A stretch of DNA of 36,619 nt. It comes from Octopus bimaculoides (Eukaryota). Where the stretch lies: the NCBI RefSeq assembly GCF_001194135.2, contig NC_068999.1, positions 36,120,219-36,156,837 on the forward strand, written 5' to 3'. The notes below the pieces were generated by a model. That model saw only the letters and a program-made list of their open reading frames with translations. It was not told the origin of the DNA and made no database searches. Both the position numbers and the translations under genes were made by a program. Of the stretch, positions 33,693-36,619 are shown in pieces (the stretch's first letter is position 1; each line of letters begins with the position of its first letter).

Positions 33693-34213
33693 ATTCAAAT
33701 TTTGGCACAAGACTAGCAACCTCGGGGAAGGGTTAAGTAGATTACATCAATCCCAGAAGTCAGCTGGTACTTATTTTATCGACCCCGAAAGGATGAAATG
33801 TAATGTCGAATTCCGTGGAATTTGAACTCAGAACGTAAAGCCAAACGAAATACCGCTAAGCATTTTGCCCGGCGTGCTAACGTTTCTTATTTCTTTATTG
33901 CCCACAAGGGGCTAAACATAGAAGGGACAAACAAGGACAGACAAAGGGATTAAGTCGATTACATCAACCCCAGTGCGTAATTGGTACTTAATTTATTGAC
34001 CCCGAAAGTCGACCTCGGCGGAATTTGAACTCAGAACAAAACGGCAGACGATATACCGCTAAGCATTTCGCCCGGCGTGCTATCGTTTCTTATTTCTTTA
34101 TTGCTCACAAGGGATAAACATAGAGAGGACAAACAAGGACAGACAAAGAGATTAAGTCGATTACATAGACCCCAGTGCGTAACTGGTACTTAATTTATCT
34201 GCCAGCTCGCCGC
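33693..34213 (-). mobile_element. Nested SINE family B trimer
   Basis: Host body 33693-33887, 203-bp unit 33888-34090, 5'-truncated unit 34091-34198, single head 34199-34213. Confidence 0.88.
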
Positions 34214-35175
34214 GTTTCACCAGTTACTATATTGGCAGCTTTTGTTACACATTTATAGGAATATTACAAATTCTCGTTGAGTGAGTCATTTCCAAATAAT
34301 GGTTTTGAAAACGAAAATCCTTTTTATTGATCGTCTACCTTAATTACCTATGTATTATATAAAAAAAAAAAGTAAACGGTTACTTTCATACCTCCTTTTG
34401 TTAATTGTTACTATTCTGCCTCAGAACAACCGTGACGTGGATTCAAAATTATAGAAATATCTTGCTATTATAAAAAAAAACATAAATCAACATACACCAA
34501 ATAGCTTTCCAGTCTTACTGTATGTCTTACTCATGTGTTTGTTTATACCTTTGTTTTAGTAACGAGAGATATATTTACATTGTAGTTAGACCTGATGGAT
34601 ATAGCAATAATATCTCCTTCCAATCCCGTAATGAAGTCTTATGTTTGTATATATGCACGTATGATCCAATGACAGATACTTCTTCCGATTAGCTAAAGCT
34701 AGGAGTAGCAATCATGTCTTCTTGAAATCATGCTCTAATGTTATAGGCATGTATGTATATATATATATATATATATATATANNNNNNNNNNNNNNNNNNN
34801 NNNNNNNNNNNNNNNNNNNNNNNNNNNNNNNNNNNNNNNNNNNNNNNNNNNNNNNNNNNNNNNNNNNNNNNNNNNNNNNNNNNNNNNNNNNNNNNNNNNN
34901 NNNNNNNNNNNNNNNNNNNNNNNNNNNNNNNNNNNNNNNNNNNNNNNNNNNNNNNNNNNNNNNNNNNNNNNNNNNNNNNNNNNCATTACGAAAGCTTAAT
35001 CATGGTAGAGAGATTTGGTAGACATAGCACCAGCAGAATCTTTCTCAATTCTTAATTTAATGACCTATCTTTGTATAAGGCAACAACGCACTTCTCAGTC
35101 TTTTAGCAAGACCTGCAAGTAGGATGATATCTTCTGGGTAAAAGCGATTTGTGAAACGCAATGAGCAAGTCTATG

Positions 35176-35230
<55 letters not shown>

Positions 35231-36231
35231 CAGATAGATAGATGGACGGATGGATGGATGGATGGATAGATGGATGGATGGATGGATGGATGGATGGGTA
35301 ATACACTATTGAACGCTCCACATTTTATAATATTGGGCATATTAAGTTACTTATTGGTAGAACAGGAGCCACAAATGCGATGAAGCACAGTTTTCTCTCA
35401 GATACTAACTCTATATTAAATATGTAACAAATCAATAATAGATATTTCTCTGTGCTCATTGGATATTGTATTATTTATGTTTGCAAATAATTGCTTACTC
35501 ATTTAGATAGAGACAGCGTGAGAGGTAAATTGGATTCGCTAGCTTCTTGTTAAGATCAACACTGCTAATTACAATGACATCATCAAAAGAACACCACCAA
35601 TCGTGTAACGTTGTGAAGTATTAATCGTAGTATGTGATGTCGGATCTCCAGTGTGTATAATGAACGTTCGGTGAAGTTTTGCAAAGGTTCAGATTCAATA
35701 TTCTGGTAACCAGCGCAGATTAAAGAAGAAAATCGTTTTATTTTTGTGTTGCTTCTTTTTGACAATCAAGCCGGTGTCACCGCCGCCGTAGTCTTCGTCG
35801 AGATTATCGTCATCGTGACCTTAGTAGTTCTCATTATCATCAAAGTCAACATATTGTTGTATTGCTATAAAATTTGCTGTCCTTGGCGACGTCGATATTT
35901 GTATTGCAGTTGTTATAGCTGTCGTCATTGAAGTTTCTGTTGACGTTATGGCTGAAGTTCCTGATGTTGTTTTTCTAATTACTTGCCACTGCCATTTGAG
36001 GTAGTTATGTTGATCGGTGGGTCGGTTGGGCGGTATCCCTAATTACATGTCTAATTAGAGCTACTTGGTGACAGATGTAGTGTAATTAAACAGCCTGGCA
36101 ATGAAACCACAGTCAAAGTCTACATTACAAACAGCGATACCAACAATAAGATTAAAAGAGTAATTACACATATACGTTGATCCAGCTCTAATTTCTAAAC
36201 AGTTTCATATGCCACTATCGTTAACAAATGT

Positions 36232-36238
36232 TTTCATT

Positions 36239-36291
<53 letters not shown>

Positions 36292-36310
36292 TACCATCAT
36301 CATCATAATT
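36232..36310. repeat. (ATC)n microsatellite
   Basis: Read directly. Confidence 0.95.
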
Positions 36311-36619
36311 ACCATTAATGTTATCATCTAAAACACACATAGTCTGATACACGTGTGACCACGCAGATATACACACACGCGCAGACACACTCATACACAC
36401 ATGCATACATATGTACTTCTTTATTTTTCTTTAACAAGAATAAAATTGACGATGACTTCGAGGTTTCGTGCTGCTTCGCATTCATTGGACTGCGAAAGAT
36501 AAGCAGACAGAATGTCTTGTTCCAAGAATAATAAATATGTAATCTACAATAAGTATTCATTGATCCTGCAGTGCAATGCACATACAAGCAAAAATTAACA
36601 TATGTATATATACATATAT

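Larger units (their letters stand above)
5940..34983. other. Assembly gaps (not one feature): 5940-6018, 11202-11391, 17041-17499, 18504-18871, 21092-21101, 30183-30854, 31915-32153, 34782-34983
   Basis: N-runs; seven of eight abut (AT)n tracts. Further exons could be hidden in them. Confidence 0.98.

Noticed and set aside
11099-35055. Long ORFs (100-350 aa) with X runs and YI/CV/HT repeats
   Set aside because: They are translations of N-gaps and dinucleotide microsatellites.
35500-35713. Possible upstream EYS-like exon (DDVIVISSV resembles GDILVISSE)
   Set aside because: In-frame TAA within the putative exon, and similarity limited to a few residues.
35746-35931. ORF resembling a transmembrane helix plus Cys-rich tail
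   Set aside because: Degenerate GTC/ATC/GTT trinucleotide sequence explains the hydrophobic run.

Overview
AT-rich animal (not prokaryotic) genomic DNA from a gapped draft assembly: 8 N-runs, most next to (AT)n. Repeat content and SINE motifs look like octopus/coleoid cephalopod; this is recognition from memory, not a database result. The window is mostly intron-like sequence: microsatellites, about a dozen tRNA-derived SINE copies with several head/tail types, four decayed Tc1/mariner elements, and fragments of R4/Dong-like, L1/Tx1-like and RTE-like LINEs. I can support only one host exon: 137 nt on the minus strand (20782-20918), encoding the N-terminal-domain/first-EGF junction of an eyes-shut (EYS)-like multi-EGF protein. 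Best second-look items: a Penelope-type minimal hammerhead ribozyme motif; a SINE inserted twice into its own head; an 881-bp mariner derivative made of two 5' ends; a stack of (AAT)n-associated REL-LINE pieces with an inverted microsatellite junction; a 186-bp fold-back; and competing splice donors plus a minisatellite-built AG-free zone at the EYS-like exon. I found no CRISPR array, operon, intact transposase or intact LINE ORF, and no convincing wholly new system. Most ORF-track entries are microsatellite or N-gap artefacts. Repeat boundaries were read by eye and are approximate unless a TSD or splice site is quoted.
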